Source: Phycisphaerales bacterium UBA7812
Lineage (GTDB): Bacteria > Planctomycetota > Phycisphaerae > Phycisphaerales > UBA1924
Assembly: GCA_002480345.1 (NCBI GenBank)
Contig: DLBY01000030.1
Span: forward strand, 22,440 to 86,439
Direction: 5' to 3'
DNA length: 64,000 nt
The first letter of the stretch is position 1. Every line of letters starts with the position of its first letter. Positions 37,102 through 46,223 of this stretch are shown in pieces. The notes beneath the pieces are model-generated. The model saw only the letters and a list, made by a program, of their open reading frames with translations, did no database searches and was not told the origin of the DNA. Made by a program: the position numbers and the translations under genes.

Positions 37102-38409
37102 CTAACCAGAGCGTACGGCGCCGAGGGAACCGGGCGAGTCAGGGAGCGATTTCATGATCTCGGCGAGCAGCGCCGCGTGCTCGGCGCTCGCCCCCTGGTG
37201 CTCACGGATGCACCGGACTCCGGCGCGGGCCGTATCCAGCGCACGATCCGGGTCGTCGAGCAGCGCGCGGATTGTCGCCGCGAGATTCTCCCGCGTGGCG
37301 CGCACGATCCCCCCGCTTTCCTCGAACGAGCGAACGATCGATTCGAAATCACCCACCGCGGGCCCGATGATCGTCGGCTTGCCCAAACCGATCGGCTCGG
37401 TCGGATCCGACCCGTGCAGGTCCCCGAAACTTCGGCCCACCACGACGACATCCGCGAGCAGGTAGGCCGCGCCCAGTTCCCCGATCGTGTCGAGCAGAAA
37501 CCGGTCCGCCCGCGACGAGGGGGGACCGCAGGACTTTGTCTCCGTCCGGCGCACGCATCCGCGCATCGCCTGGGCGGCTTCCTCGAACCGTTCCGGCTTT
37601 CTGGGGGCGCACAGAAGCTGCACGCCCAGGGGCGCACACGCACGGTGGACGAGAGACTCCTCCCCCGGCCCCGTGCTTCCCGCGACCACAAGGGGAGCCG
37701 AGCGGTCGATCCCCATGTCCATCGCGAGTTGGTCCGCCTTGGCACGCAGCGATTCGTCCGCATGCCCCGCGTGCGCGTTGTCCCACTTCATCGACCCGGT
37801 GACGCGGATCCGCTCCGCCGGCACGCCCATCGCTCTGAATCGTTCCGCGTATCCCTCGTCCTGCACCGCCGCGACAGAAAGCGACGCGAAGCTGCGCCTG
37901 AAGAACCACCTGAACCTGCGGTAACCCCGGAAACTGCGGGCGCTCAGCCGCCCGTTGATCACCGCGACCGGCACGCCCCGCTCGCCGCATTGTGAGACGA
38001 AGTTGGGCCAGATCTCGAGTTCGACCAGCGCAACCAGATCGGGACGCACCGCATCGAGAAACCGGCGCACGGACCACGAAAAATCCAACGGATACCGAAC
38101 AACCTCGCAGGTCTGTCCGAACAGCGCACGGGCCCTCGCGAGGCCGGTATCGGTGGTCGTCGAGACGATGACCTCGCAGGACTCCCCCAGGATGGGCACG
38201 AGCGTCCGCAACGCGTTGACCTCGCCCACCGAGACCGCGTGCAGCACCACACGGGCGCGACGGTGCGCGAGAGGGCCCACCGCCGGGTCCCGTCGCAGCA
38301 TGCCTCCGACATGACCCAACCGCTCCCGCCACCCTTTCCTCTGCTTACGCAGCAGCACGGGCGAGGCGAGCACGGACGCGATCAGGTAAAGGACATCGAG
38401 CCTGTTCAT
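37102..38409 (-). CDS. waaA: 3-deoxy-D-manno-octulosonic acid (Kdo) transferase
   Basis: ATG at 38409. The HAVSVGEVNALRTLVPIL motif and glycosyltransferase C-terminal half (GGSF...GHNPLEP-like: GRSFGDLHGSDPTEPIGLGKPTIIGP) fit the family. Confidence 0.85.
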   Translation of the reverse strand: MNRLDVLYLIASVLASPVLLRKQRKGWRERLGHVGGMLRRDPAVGPLAHRRARVVLHAVSVGEVNALRTLVPILGESCEVIVSTTTDTGLARARALFGQTCEVVRYPLDFSWSVRRFLDAVRPDLVALVELEIWPNFVSQCGERGVPVAVINGRLSARSFRGYRRFRWFFRRSFASLSVAAVQDEGYAERFRAMGVPAERIRVTGSMKWDNAHAGHADESLRAKADQLAMDMGIDRSAPLVVAGSTGPGEESLVHRACAPLGVQLLCAPRKPERFEEAAQAMRGCVRRTETKSCGPPSSRADRFLLDTIGELGAAYLLADVVVVGRSFGDLHGSDPTEPIGLGKPTIIGPAVGDFESIVRSFEESGGIVRATRENLAATIRALLDDPDRALDTARAGVRCIREHQGASAEHAALLAEIMKSLPDSPGSLGAVRSG

Positions 38410-38502
38410 GGAGCGGGCCAAAGGTCTTGGACGACTGTTCCGAGCGCGGTACATTCCTCGATGGCGTGGAGCATGTGGCGCCGCCGCGTCGGGAAGGAAG
38501 TC

Positions 38503-39276
38503 ATGGTACGGCAGCAGACCACACGAATCGGGCTCGTCGCGGCCGCAGTCGCGAGCACGCTCACCCTGAGTTCACGCGTTGACGCGGGCAACCCGACGAG
38601 TCTCTCCGTCGGTCTCTACGCCGACCAGGGCGGGTTCCTGATCGGCCCGGGCGAGGTCGCGGGGTACGCGGTCGGGGAGACGGCACATCTGGTTCTGATC
38701 GCGGACTACGAGGGCGCCTACTTCGCGGAGATCCGTGCGGACCTGCTCGCGACAGGCGACACGGACGGCGCGACAGCACGCAACCCCGTTGTCGGCGACT
38801 GGAGCCTGCCGCTCGACACACCCCTCCCCGACGGGCCCGATCTCCTCGCCTTTCGGGGCTTCCAGTCCGCGTTGGTCGGGGGTCTCGATCTGAGCAACCC
38901 CGTCGTGATCGGAACATTCGAAGTCGAGTTCAACGGCGGGCCCGTCTTCATGGAATACGCGGTCCGCAGCGCCGACCCGGACACGCCGGACGAGGTCTTC
39001 GGCGTCGCACCCGACGACGGGATCTTCACCCTCCCGGATCTGTTCGGGCCCGAAGCGTTCGAATCCGTGCGACTCTTCGCGGGCGGGGGGCCCATCCCCT
39101 GCAACGACGCGGACCTCGAAAAGCCGTTCGGCGAACTCGATCTCAGCGATCTGAACGCGTTCGTGACCGCTTTCTCGCTGGGAGGTGATCGCGCGGACCT
39201 CGCGGACCCCGCGGGCGTGTTCGACCTCGCGGATATCCGGGCCTTCGTCGACGCCTTCCTCGCGGGGTGCCCCTGA
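38503..39276 (+). CDS. Secreted protein ending in the Cys-x55-Cys-Pro dockerin-like C-terminal module
   Basis: ATG at 38503 preceded by GGGAAGGAAG. Signal peptide MVRQQTTRIGLVAAAVASTLTLSSRVDA. C-terminus CNDADLEKPFGELDLSDL...FVDAFLAGCP-stop. Confidence 0.75.
   Translation: MVRQQTTRIGLVAAAVASTLTLSSRVDAGNPTSLSVGLYADQGGFLIGPGEVAGYAVGETAHLVLIADYEGAYFAEIRADLLATGDTDGATARNPVVGDWSLPLDTPLPDGPDLLAFRGFQSALVGGLDLSNPVVIGTFEVEFNGGPVFMEYAVRSADPDTPDEVFGVAPDDGIFTLPDLFGPEAFESVRLFAGGGPIPCNDADLEKPFGELDLSDLNAFVTAFSLGGDRADLADPAGVFDLADIRAFVDAFLAGCP
39100..39273 (+). repeat. C-terminal Cys-x55-Cys-Pro module, copy 2 (58 aa)
   Basis: CNDADLEKPFGELDLSDLNAFVTAFSLGGDRADLADPAGVFDLADIRAFVDAFLAGCP-stop. Confidence 0.85.
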
Positions 39277-39307
39277 CCGCGTCGGACGATCCTCGCGGGG
39301 CTGGGAA

Positions 39308-39381
39308 TGGGCGGGCCGGGACTCGAACCCGGGACCCTTCGCGTGTAAGGCGAACGCTCTGGCCAACTGAGCTACCCGCCC
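39308..39381 (-). tRNA. tRNA-Val (anticodon TAC)
   Basis: Minus strand reads GGGCGGGTAGCTCAGTTGGCCAGAGCGTTCGCCTTACACGCGAAGGGTCCCGGGTTCGAGTCCCGGCCCGCCCA. Anticodon loop is CTTACAC. Confidence 0.9.
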
Positions 39382-39510
39382 TCGGGTGTCGGCACGATAG
39401 CCCGCGTACGCGGATCTCGGACGCGAACCTTGACCCCGGCCGCCCGATGCGGTCCAATGACCGCTTCGGGTTCCAGCCGGACCCGCCCGCAACGCCGGAG
39501 GAGATGAACC

Positions 39511-40362
39511 GTGCGCACACCGATCGTCCTGACCGTGCTCTCGCTCGCGAGCGCCTCGTTCGCCCTGCCCGACGGGCTCGTCACCTTCAATGACGGAACC
39601 GGGGGCTGGGAAGGCTCTCAGGGCATCGGGGGGGTCGGCACCTTCGTCGATGAAAATGAGGGAAACCCGGCGCCGGGACTGCACACCGTCTTCAACGACT
39701 TTGGGATCACTTTCCGCAACAGCACGAATCCCGAATTCGTCCAGGATCTCTCACAAGTCTTCGGCTTCGCGTTCGGGATCGATACGAAGGTCAACGACAT
39801 CGCGTTTTTCGGCACCCCCGTTCCCCGTCCCTGGCTTCTTGAACTCCGCGATTTCGACGCGGGCCCCAATAGCGACCAATTCGCGAGCGTGTGGTACAAA
39901 TTCGCGGACATCAGCGCCGCGACCCACGGCGAGTGGACACGGTTCTTCGTGCAGGTCTCCGAGTCCGACTATGGGAGCATGCCCGCGGGCTGGCGTGGCG
40001 CCGGCGCCGAGGACCCCGTGACATTCGAGCCCATGTTGCCCGACGGAATTACCTTCGCGGATGTCATCGCGGGGTACGACCAGATCGTCGTGACAACCCT
40101 GGAGCCCGGGTTCTTCTTCGGATTTACCGATTTCGATGTGGTCGTCGACGACATCGCCCTGACCGTCAACACCGACATCGTCTCGTGCAACCCCGCGGAC
40201 CTCGCCGAACCGTTCGGCGTCACCGACCTCGCGGATATCCAGTGCTTCATCTTCTCGTTTACCAACGGGCTCGAACTCGCGGATTTCGCCGCACCGTTCG
40301 GCGTGCTCGATCTCGCGGATATCCAGGCCTTCGTCCAAGCCTTTGTGAACGGCTGCCCCTGA
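39511..40362 (+). CDS. Secreted protein ending in the Cys-x55-Cys-Pro dockerin-like C-terminal module
   Basis: GTG start. Signal peptide MRTPIVLTVLSLASASFALP. C-terminus CNPADLAEPFGVTDLADIQCFIFSF...FVQAFVNGCP-stop. Confidence 0.75.
   Translation: MRTPIVLTVLSLASASFALPDGLVTFNDGTGGWEGSQGIGGVGTFVDENEGNPAPGLHTVFNDFGITFRNSTNPEFVQDLSQVFGFAFGIDTKVNDIAFFGTPVPRPWLLELRDFDAGPNSDQFASVWYKFADISAATHGEWTRFFVQVSESDYGSMPAGWRGAGAEDPVTFEPMLPDGITFADVIAGYDQIVVTTLEPGFFFGFTDFDVVVDDIALTVNTDIVSCNPADLAEPFGVTDLADIQCFIFSFTNGLELADFAAPFGVLDLADIQAFVQAFVNGCP
40186..40359 (+). repeat. C-terminal Cys-x55-Cys-Pro module, copy 3 (58 aa)
   Basis: CNPADLAEPFGVTDLADIQCFIFSFTNGLELADFAAPFGVLDLADIQAFVQAFVNGCP-stop. nt 40294-40323 are identical to nt 1266-1295. 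Confidence 0.85.
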
Positions 40363-40373
40363 CGCCCACACGA

Positions 40374-40970
40374 TCAGGACCGGGAGAACAACCCGCGGCC
40401 CACGACCGCTTGCTCGTGCTCGAGGAGCCACTGCTTCGTCTGCAGCCCGCCTCCGTAGCCGCGCAGGCCCCGGGTGGACCCCACCTCACCGTCGTACGAG
40501 GCGTCCACCACGCGGTGGCACGGGATGAGAAGCGACACGCGGTTGCGACCCGACGCAAGCCCGACGGCGCGAGACGCGGTCGCCTTCCGTCCGAGTGACC
40601 GAGCGAGCCCGCCGTAGGTGGTGGTCTCTCCGAACGGGATCCGGCGCATCGCGTTCCAGACCTCGTGCTGAAAGCGTGTCCCGGGCGCACAAATCGGGAC
40701 GGAAAAGGCCCGCCTGCTGCCATCGAAGTACTCTCCGAGTTCCCGCTCGAGTCGGTCGAGCATCGAGGATCCCCCGTGGACGGTGTCGGCGACGAAGACA
40801 CCGCCGAAGTAGGACTCCAATTCCGCGAGTTCTCGCGCCCGCCGATCCGTATCGCCCAGTTCGAGGAGGCATACGCCGCCCGGCTCATGGGCCGTCAGGC
40901 CTGGCTCGACGATGCCCGCAAGGATCGGGCCGACCGGTGAGGAGAGATCGCGTCGGAGAAGCTGGGGCAC
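40374..40970 (-). CDS. ogt: Methylated-DNA--protein-cysteine methyltransferase
   Basis: Motifs: FQHEVWNAMRRIPFGETTTYGGLA, active site IPCHRVV. The start is uncertain: GTG at 40970 or GTG at 41024. Confidence 0.85.
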   Translation of the reverse strand: MPQLLRRDLSSPVGPILAGIVEPGLTAHEPGGVCLLELGDTDRRARELAELESYFGGVFVADTVHGGSSMLDRLERELGEYFDGSRRAFSVPICAPGTRFQHEVWNAMRRIPFGETTTYGGLARSLGRKATASRAVGLASGRNRVSLLIPCHRVVDASYDGEVGSTRGLRGYGGGLQTKQWLLEHEQAVVGRGLFSRS

Positions 40971-41044
40971 GCCTCGAAATGTAGCAGGTTTCGCGCCGGA
41001 GGCCCGTGCCGCTCGACTGCGCACCCCGGGGGTGCTCGCGTTCG

Positions 41045-42676
41045 TCAGGGCCGCGGCGCGATCTCGAACGCCCAGCCCGCTTCATAAATGCGCAGCGTTT
41101 GGGTCTTGCCGACGAACAGTTGGCTCTGCACCACCCCGCTCGGCCATTCCACGGTGATGCGACCAACCCCTCCCGCGTGGGCCCCGAGCCCGAAGTGAGC
41201 GGTCCGCTCGTTCTGCCCGAGGAAGCCGCTCCCGCCGTCGACCTCCCAGACGATCTGATGGTCGGGGCTCGCGAGATCGGGTGTGACGGTGATGAACGCA
41301 CCGATCCCGTCCCGATTCGATTGCCGACCAACAAGATCCACCCGCAGCGCCGCACGCGCGTTGCCGCCGTCGTTGCGGTAAAGGATCGGCGCGTCCATGT
41401 GGTTCGCGATGACGATGTCCAGGTCGCCGTCGTTGTCATAATCGAGATGAACAAGGCCGCGCCCCTGCAGGCGATCGATAATCCCCGCGGCTTCCGAGAT
41501 ATCGGTGAACACACCGTTGTCGTTGCGCCAGAGCACCGTGCGGTCGTCGAACCACCCCGCCCCGTTGTACCCGTTGGTGGCGATCAGGTCGAGATCACCG
41601 TCGTTGTCAAAGTCGAAGAACGAGGTCCCCCACCCCCACCGCGCGTCGCGTACCCCGGCCTCCTGGGTGACATCCGTGAACTGGCGGTCTCCGTCGTTGC
41701 GATACAGGCGATTCCACCCGCCGAACCCGGTCGGCGGTGCATCCGGATCCGCGGTGATATTCGAGATGAACCAGTCGATGTCCCCGTCGCTGTCGTAGTC
41801 CCCGAAGGTCGAGCCCATGCCGTTGAAGTCCGTGCCGACCCCCGCAGGGATCGTGCCGTCGGTGAAGGTCCCGTCGCCGTCGTTCCAGAAGAGCTGGCTC
41901 GTGTTAAAATCCGACGCGATCGCCAGATCGAGATGACCGTCGCGGTCCAGGTCGACAAAGCGCGGCGTGAATCGGAACGAAACAGATCCGCGGTAGATAT
42001 TCAAACCGGCCGCGACGGTGACATCTTCGAAGAACCCGGGAGCCGAGCCCCCGAGATTCCTGAACAACCTCGACTGGCAATTCGTCGCGAGCCTCCCCCA
42101 GTCGCAGGTCATCAGGTCGAGAAAGCCGTCCCGATCAAAGTCACCGAAGGTCGCGCCCTGACCGTTGCGAAAAGTCCCGTTCGCGAGTGCCGCCGCCCGC
42201 CCCGTCCCGGCGTCGGTAAAGAAGCCCGTCCCGTCGTTCAGGTAGAGATAGTTGCGAGTCCCCGAGCAGGTGGTCATGTAGAGATCAGCGTCACCGTCGT
42301 TGTCGATGTCCGCCGACACCACGCCGTTGGTCAGCGTCGGCGTCGTGAAGCCCGCCGCCTTCGTCCGCGCCTCGAAGGTCCCGTCGCCCTGATTTCGATA
42401 GAAGATGTCCGTGCCGTTGAGCCTCGTGAAGACCAGGTCGGTCCACCCGTCGCCGTCGAAGTCCGCCGCGGCGACCCCGCCTGTGAAAAACGAAGAACTC
42501 GCCAGGTCGACGATCAGGTCTGGTCGGGTCTGCGTGTGCCGGATCCCGGCAGCCGCCGCGACATCAATGAAGGTCTGGGCCGTCGCAACGCAAGAGGGAA
42601 GCGAAGCAAGCAGGGCCCCTGTCCCATACAGGATGCCCCGCCGATCGCGGTTCATTTGCCTCAGAGCGCAACACAT
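41045..42676 (-). CDS. CRTAC1-family protein (FG-GAP/VCBS repeats plus ASPIC/UnbV-like C-terminus)
   Basis: Repeated DxDGDGxxDL loops (FDGDGWTDLVF, DNDGDADLY, FDRDGFLDL, LDRDGHLDLAI, YDSDGDIDWF, FDNDGDLDLI, YDNDGDLDIVI). C-terminus RQSNRDGIGAFITV...GGSGFLGQNERTAHFGLG...ITVEWPSG. An alternative ATG lies at 42655 (MNRDRRGIL, Tat-like). Confidence 0.85.
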   Translation of the reverse strand: MCCALRQMNRDRRGILYGTGALLASLPSCVATAQTFIDVAAAAGIRHTQTRPDLIVDLASSSFFTGGVAAADFDGDGWTDLVFTRLNGTDIFYRNQGDGTFEARTKAAGFTTPTLTNGVVSADIDNDGDADLYMTTCSGTRNYLYLNDGTGFFTDAGTGRAAALANGTFRNGQGATFGDFDRDGFLDLMTCDWGRLATNCQSRLFRNLGGSAPGFFEDVTVAAGLNIYRGSVSFRFTPRFVDLDRDGHLDLAIASDFNTSQLFWNDGDGTFTDGTIPAGVGTDFNGMGSTFGDYDSDGDIDWFISNITADPDAPPTGFGGWNRLYRNDGDRQFTDVTQEAGVRDARWGWGTSFFDFDNDGDLDLIATNGYNGAGWFDDRTVLWRNDNGVFTDISEAAGIIDRLQGRGLVHLDYDNDGDLDIVIANHMDAPILYRNDGGNARAALRVDLVGRQSNRDGIGAFITVTPDLASPDHQIVWEVDGGSGFLGQNERTAHFGLGAHAGGVGRITVEWPSGVVQSQLFVGKTQTLRIYEAGWAFEIAPRP

Positions 42677-42937
42677 GCCTGAACTCCCTCATCCATGAAC
42701 AACCCCGAGACCGAGTCCGAACGCCCAACTCAGACCGATGACAACCCCGAGAACCCGATCAGAAATCGAATATCGAGCCAATCGTCCCAGTCTAGTCGAT
42801 CTCCTGTTCGATTCACACCCGTAACAGCATTGCGATGGTCCAGCTGTTGTGATACATCTTGAATAGCCCCCGGCGTGGGGGTTGAGGTTTATCTGTTTTT
42901 CCGCAGCGTCCCGCTGCACTCGTGAGGAGTTAGGATA

Positions 42938-43558
42938 ATGAGAGAGAAGCTCGCTCTTGCGTCGATCGCGCTCGCCACGGCGTCGCTGACCGCGTCCGCC
43001 GGTCTGCTCGCTAACGCCGGGTTCGAGGAGGACATTTTCGGCGACTTCCCGCCGATCTCCGGCTCGTGGGTTTCGTTCAGCGCTGACGGTGATCAGTTCG
43101 CCGGTGCTGATATCGCGTTCTCCAGTTCCGCGATGGCGCGGACGGGCGCACGGTCGATGGAACTCGGCCTGACCGTCGCGAACAGCTTCGCCGGCGCGTT
43201 CCAGGATGTTGGCGGCCTGTCCGCCGGTCAGGAGTGGACCTTCGGCGGTTGGCACAAGTCGCTCGGCGTCGCCGGTGGCACCGAGATTCGCATCGAATGG
43301 CGCGACTCGGTCAACGATGTCGAGATCAGCCGGACCGGCAACCTCGCGCCGACCGTCGGGAGCGATTGGGAAGAGTTCGCGCTGACCGACTTCGTCCCCG
43401 CCGGCGCCGATACCGCCCGCGTCGTCTACGCGATCCAGAGCTTCGGTGCAGGCATCGACCAGTCGGTGTTCGTGGACGATGTCTACTTCGTCCCCGCCCC
43501 GGGTGCCCTCGCCCTGCTCGGGCTCGGCGGACTGACCGCCACCCGTCGCCGCCGCTGA
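42938..43558 (+). CDS. PEP-CTERM sorting-domain protein with a CBM-like beta-sandwich N-domain
   Basis: Signal peptide MREKLALASIALATASLTASA. C-terminal VPAPGALALLGLGGLTATRRRR-stop shows the PEP-like motif, hydrophobic helix and Arg cluster. Confidence 0.8.
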   Translation: MREKLALASIALATASLTASAGLLANAGFEEDIFGDFPPISGSWVSFSADGDQFAGADIAFSSSAMARTGARSMELGLTVANSFAGAFQDVGGLSAGQEWTFGGWHKSLGVAGGTEIRIEWRDSVNDVEISRTGNLAPTVGSDWEEFALTDFVPAGADTARVVYAIQSFGAGIDQSVFVDDVYFVPAPGALALLGLGGLTATRRRR

Positions 43559-43586
43559 ACGCGACGACACTCCGTTTTCTGAAAAG

Positions 43587-43618
43587 AAAACGCCCCGGCT
43601 CAGGCCGGGGCGTTTTTT
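43587..43618. terminator. Bidirectional intrinsic terminator between the PEP-CTERM gene and serS
   Basis: AAAACGCCCCGGC-TCAG-GCCGGGGCGTTTT. Confidence 0.85.
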
Positions 43619-43639
43619 CGTTTCTGAGCACCGCGGGTC

Positions 43640-45049
43640 TCAGCCGATCCGCTCGATCCCGTTCATGTAGGGACGAAGCACCCGGGGCACGCTGACGGAC
43701 CCGTCCGCGTTCTGGTGGTTCTCGAGGATCGGGATCAGGATCCGCGGGCTCGCAGCAACCGTGTTGTTCAGAGAGTGGCAGAAGGTCGTCGCCCCCTGCC
43801 CCGCCTCACCACCGCCGCGATACCGCATATTCAGACGCCGGCACTGGTAGTCATACAACCGGCTCGCGGAGTGCGTCTCCCCGAACTCGCCCGATGGCAC
43901 GCCGTCCGCGTCGGGCTCGCCCCGCCCCGGCATCCAGCACTCGATGTCGATCATGTCCGCGTTCTTGACGCCCAGATCGCCCGTGCAGCACTGCAGCAGG
44001 CGGTACGGGAGTTCGAGGCTCTGCAGGAACGCCTCGACAAACCCGATCATCTTCCTGTGCCACTCCCGGCTCTCCGCCTCGTCGTTCTTGCAGATCACGA
44101 CCTGCTCGACCTTGTCGAACTGATGGATCCGGTACAACCCCGCGGTGTCCTTGCCCGCGGCCCCCGCCTCGCGCCGGAAGCAGGTCGAGACCGTGACATA
44201 CCGGATGGGAAGGCTCGCCTCATCGAGGATCTCGTCCTGGTGAAGGCCCATCAGCCCGACCTCACCTGTTCCCGTCAGGAACAGATCGTGACCGGAACCG
44301 CGGGCCGTCTCCTCGATGTGGTACGCCTGATCACGCCCCGCCGGGAAGAACCCCGTGCCGACCATCGCCTCTTCCTTCACGATCACCGGCACCGACATCG
44401 GGGTGAACCCGTTCGTGTCGGCCATGAAGTCGATCGCGTAGCGCAAGACCGCCTGGTGCAGTCGCATGCCCATCCCGGTGAGAACATACGAGCGAGTCCC
44501 CGCGAGCTTGACGCCGCGCGGGAAGTCGACCAGTCCGAGTCGATCGCACAGCTCGATATGCGTCAGAGGCTTGAACCCCCGGTTCTCGTGGAACGACTTG
44601 TCCGCGTCCCAGCCATCCGGCGACCAGCGACGGAGCTCGATATTGTCGTCCGCAGACTCCCCGACCGGGACATCCTCATCAGGCGGAAGAGGGACACTCA
44701 GCAGGATCTCGTCGAACTCCGGCTTGATCGCGTCGATCGTCTCCTGGAGAGACTGGATCTTCTCCTTCAACGCCGCGGGCGCGGCCTTGATCGCGTCCAC
44801 CTCCGCCTGGATCCGCGTCCGCTCGTCGCCCTCCGCCTTCTTGAGCTGCCCCATGAGCGGCCCGATCTTCGCACCGGTTTCCTTGGACAGCCTGTTCTGC
44901 TCGGCACGGAGCGACTCCTGCTCGCTCAGCGCCTCGCGCCGCTTGGTGTCCAGTTCGAGCAGCCGATCGATGTCCACCGCCATCTGCTTGCGCGCAGCAC
45001 CGGTGCGATAACGGTCGGGGTTCTCACGCAGGTCTTTCAGGTCGATCAT
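43640..45049 (-). CDS. serS: Serine--tRNA ligase
   Basis: ATG at 45049 (MIDLKDLRENPD), N-terminal coiled-coil arm, class II motifs FRREAGAAGKDTAGLYRIHQFDKVE and GETHSASRLYDYQ. Confidence 0.92.
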   Translation of the reverse strand: MIDLKDLRENPDRYRTGAARKQMAVDIDRLLELDTKRREALSEQESLRAEQNRLSKETGAKIGPLMGQLKKAEGDERTRIQAEVDAIKAAPAALKEKIQSLQETIDAIKPEFDEILLSVPLPPDEDVPVGESADDNIELRRWSPDGWDADKSFHENRGFKPLTHIELCDRLGLVDFPRGVKLAGTRSYVLTGMGMRLHQAVLRYAIDFMADTNGFTPMSVPVIVKEEAMVGTGFFPAGRDQAYHIEETARGSGHDLFLTGTGEVGLMGLHQDEILDEASLPIRYVTVSTCFRREAGAAGKDTAGLYRIHQFDKVEQVVICKNDEAESREWHRKMIGFVEAFLQSLELPYRLLQCCTGDLGVKNADMIDIECWMPGRGEPDADGVPSGEFGETHSASRLYDYQCRRLNMRYRGGGEAGQGATTFCHSLNNTVAASPRILIPILENHQNADGSVSVPRVLRPYMNGIERIG

Positions 45050-45175
45050 GGGACGGCAGTGTAAGAACCTCAACGCCGCGAATCCGGCCGCCACCCCGGC
45101 CCGATCATGCTCTTGAGGGGTTTTCTTTCGCCCACGGGAGCGTCAAGTGCGATCCCCCACCGATTCGGAGCACCC

Positions 45176-46168
45176 ATGAACGCCGCCATGCCTGTCTGCC
45201 TCGCCCTGTCCGCCGCCGCTGCGATCGCCGTCTCACCCATCCCGGACCGGCTCGCCCTCGTCCCCAACGAGATCGTGATCGGCTTCGACGAGCCCGACGC
45301 GGCAAAGGACTGGATCACCGTCAACGACAATGTCATGGGGGGCCGATCGGTCGGCGGGTTCACCGTTCAAGAGGGCCGGCTCGTCTTCGAGGGCGCCACC
45401 AACACCAACGGGGGCGGCTTCAGCTCCATCCGCACACGCACCGACAATCTCGACCTCGACGGCACCGACGGCATGCTCTACCGCGTCAAGGGCGACGGGC
45501 GGACCTACATCGCCGCCCTCCGGAACGGCGCGCGGGCCGGACGCTTCGACATCTCCTACTGGGCCGAGTTCGACACCACAGGCGAGTGGCAAACCGTCCG
45601 CATCCCGTTCGACGCGTTCGTCCCGACCTTCATGGGCCAGGACATCACCGGACGGGCCCCCGCGTTGCGGGCCGAGGACGCCGAGGGCGCAGCCTTCTAT
45701 ATCTACGACAAGAAGGACGGTCCATTCCGCCTCGAGATCGAGTGGATCGGGACCTATCGCGCCGACGATCAGGAAACCGAGGGGGGCGCGATGCCGAGCG
45801 AGCACGCCGCCTCACCCGCCACGCACGGAGATCGGGCAAGCCCCCCCTCACCGAGCGCCGAGTCGATTCGCACCTGGGCAACCGCGGTGCTTAGCGGCGC
45901 GATCGAGCGGGGCGTCCCCCGCTTCAACGCGGGCGATCCCGGCGCCTGCGCCGATCTCTACGAGATCGCGATCGCTTCGCTGATCACCAGCCCCGCGCCG
46001 CTGCCCGAAGACGCCCGAGCCCTGCTCGCCAGCGGCCTCCGCTCAGGACAAGCCGCCCAGTCCCACGAGGATCGCGCGTGGGCGTACCGCTACGCGATGG
46101 ACGCAGCGCTCGAACGCCTGATGCCGCGTATGGTCCATTCTCCTGACCGCTCCGCACGAGCAGACTGA
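45176..46168 (+). CDS. CIA30-domain (complex I intermediate-associated protein 30-like) secreted protein with an extra C-terminal helical domain
   Basis: ATG at 45176 gives signal peptide MNAAMPVCLALSAAAAIAVSP. Motifs: WITVNDNVMGGRSVGGF, NTNGGGFSSIRT, YRVKGDGRTYIAAL. Confidence 0.75.
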   Translation: MNAAMPVCLALSAAAAIAVSPIPDRLALVPNEIVIGFDEPDAAKDWITVNDNVMGGRSVGGFTVQEGRLVFEGATNTNGGGFSSIRTRTDNLDLDGTDGMLYRVKGDGRTYIAALRNGARAGRFDISYWAEFDTTGEWQTVRIPFDAFVPTFMGQDITGRAPALRAEDAEGAAFYIYDKKDGPFRLEIEWIGTYRADDQETEGGAMPSEHAASPATHGDRASPPSPSAESIRTWATAVLSGAIERGVPRFNAGDPGACADLYEIAIASLITSPAPLPEDARALLASGLRSGQAAQSHEDRAWAYRYAMDAALERLMPRMVHSPDRSARAD

Positions 46169-46223
46169 GCCGCTCGCCGGCTGCCGACGGCAGCGGTATC
46201 GCACGCCATACTCTGGAGTCAAC

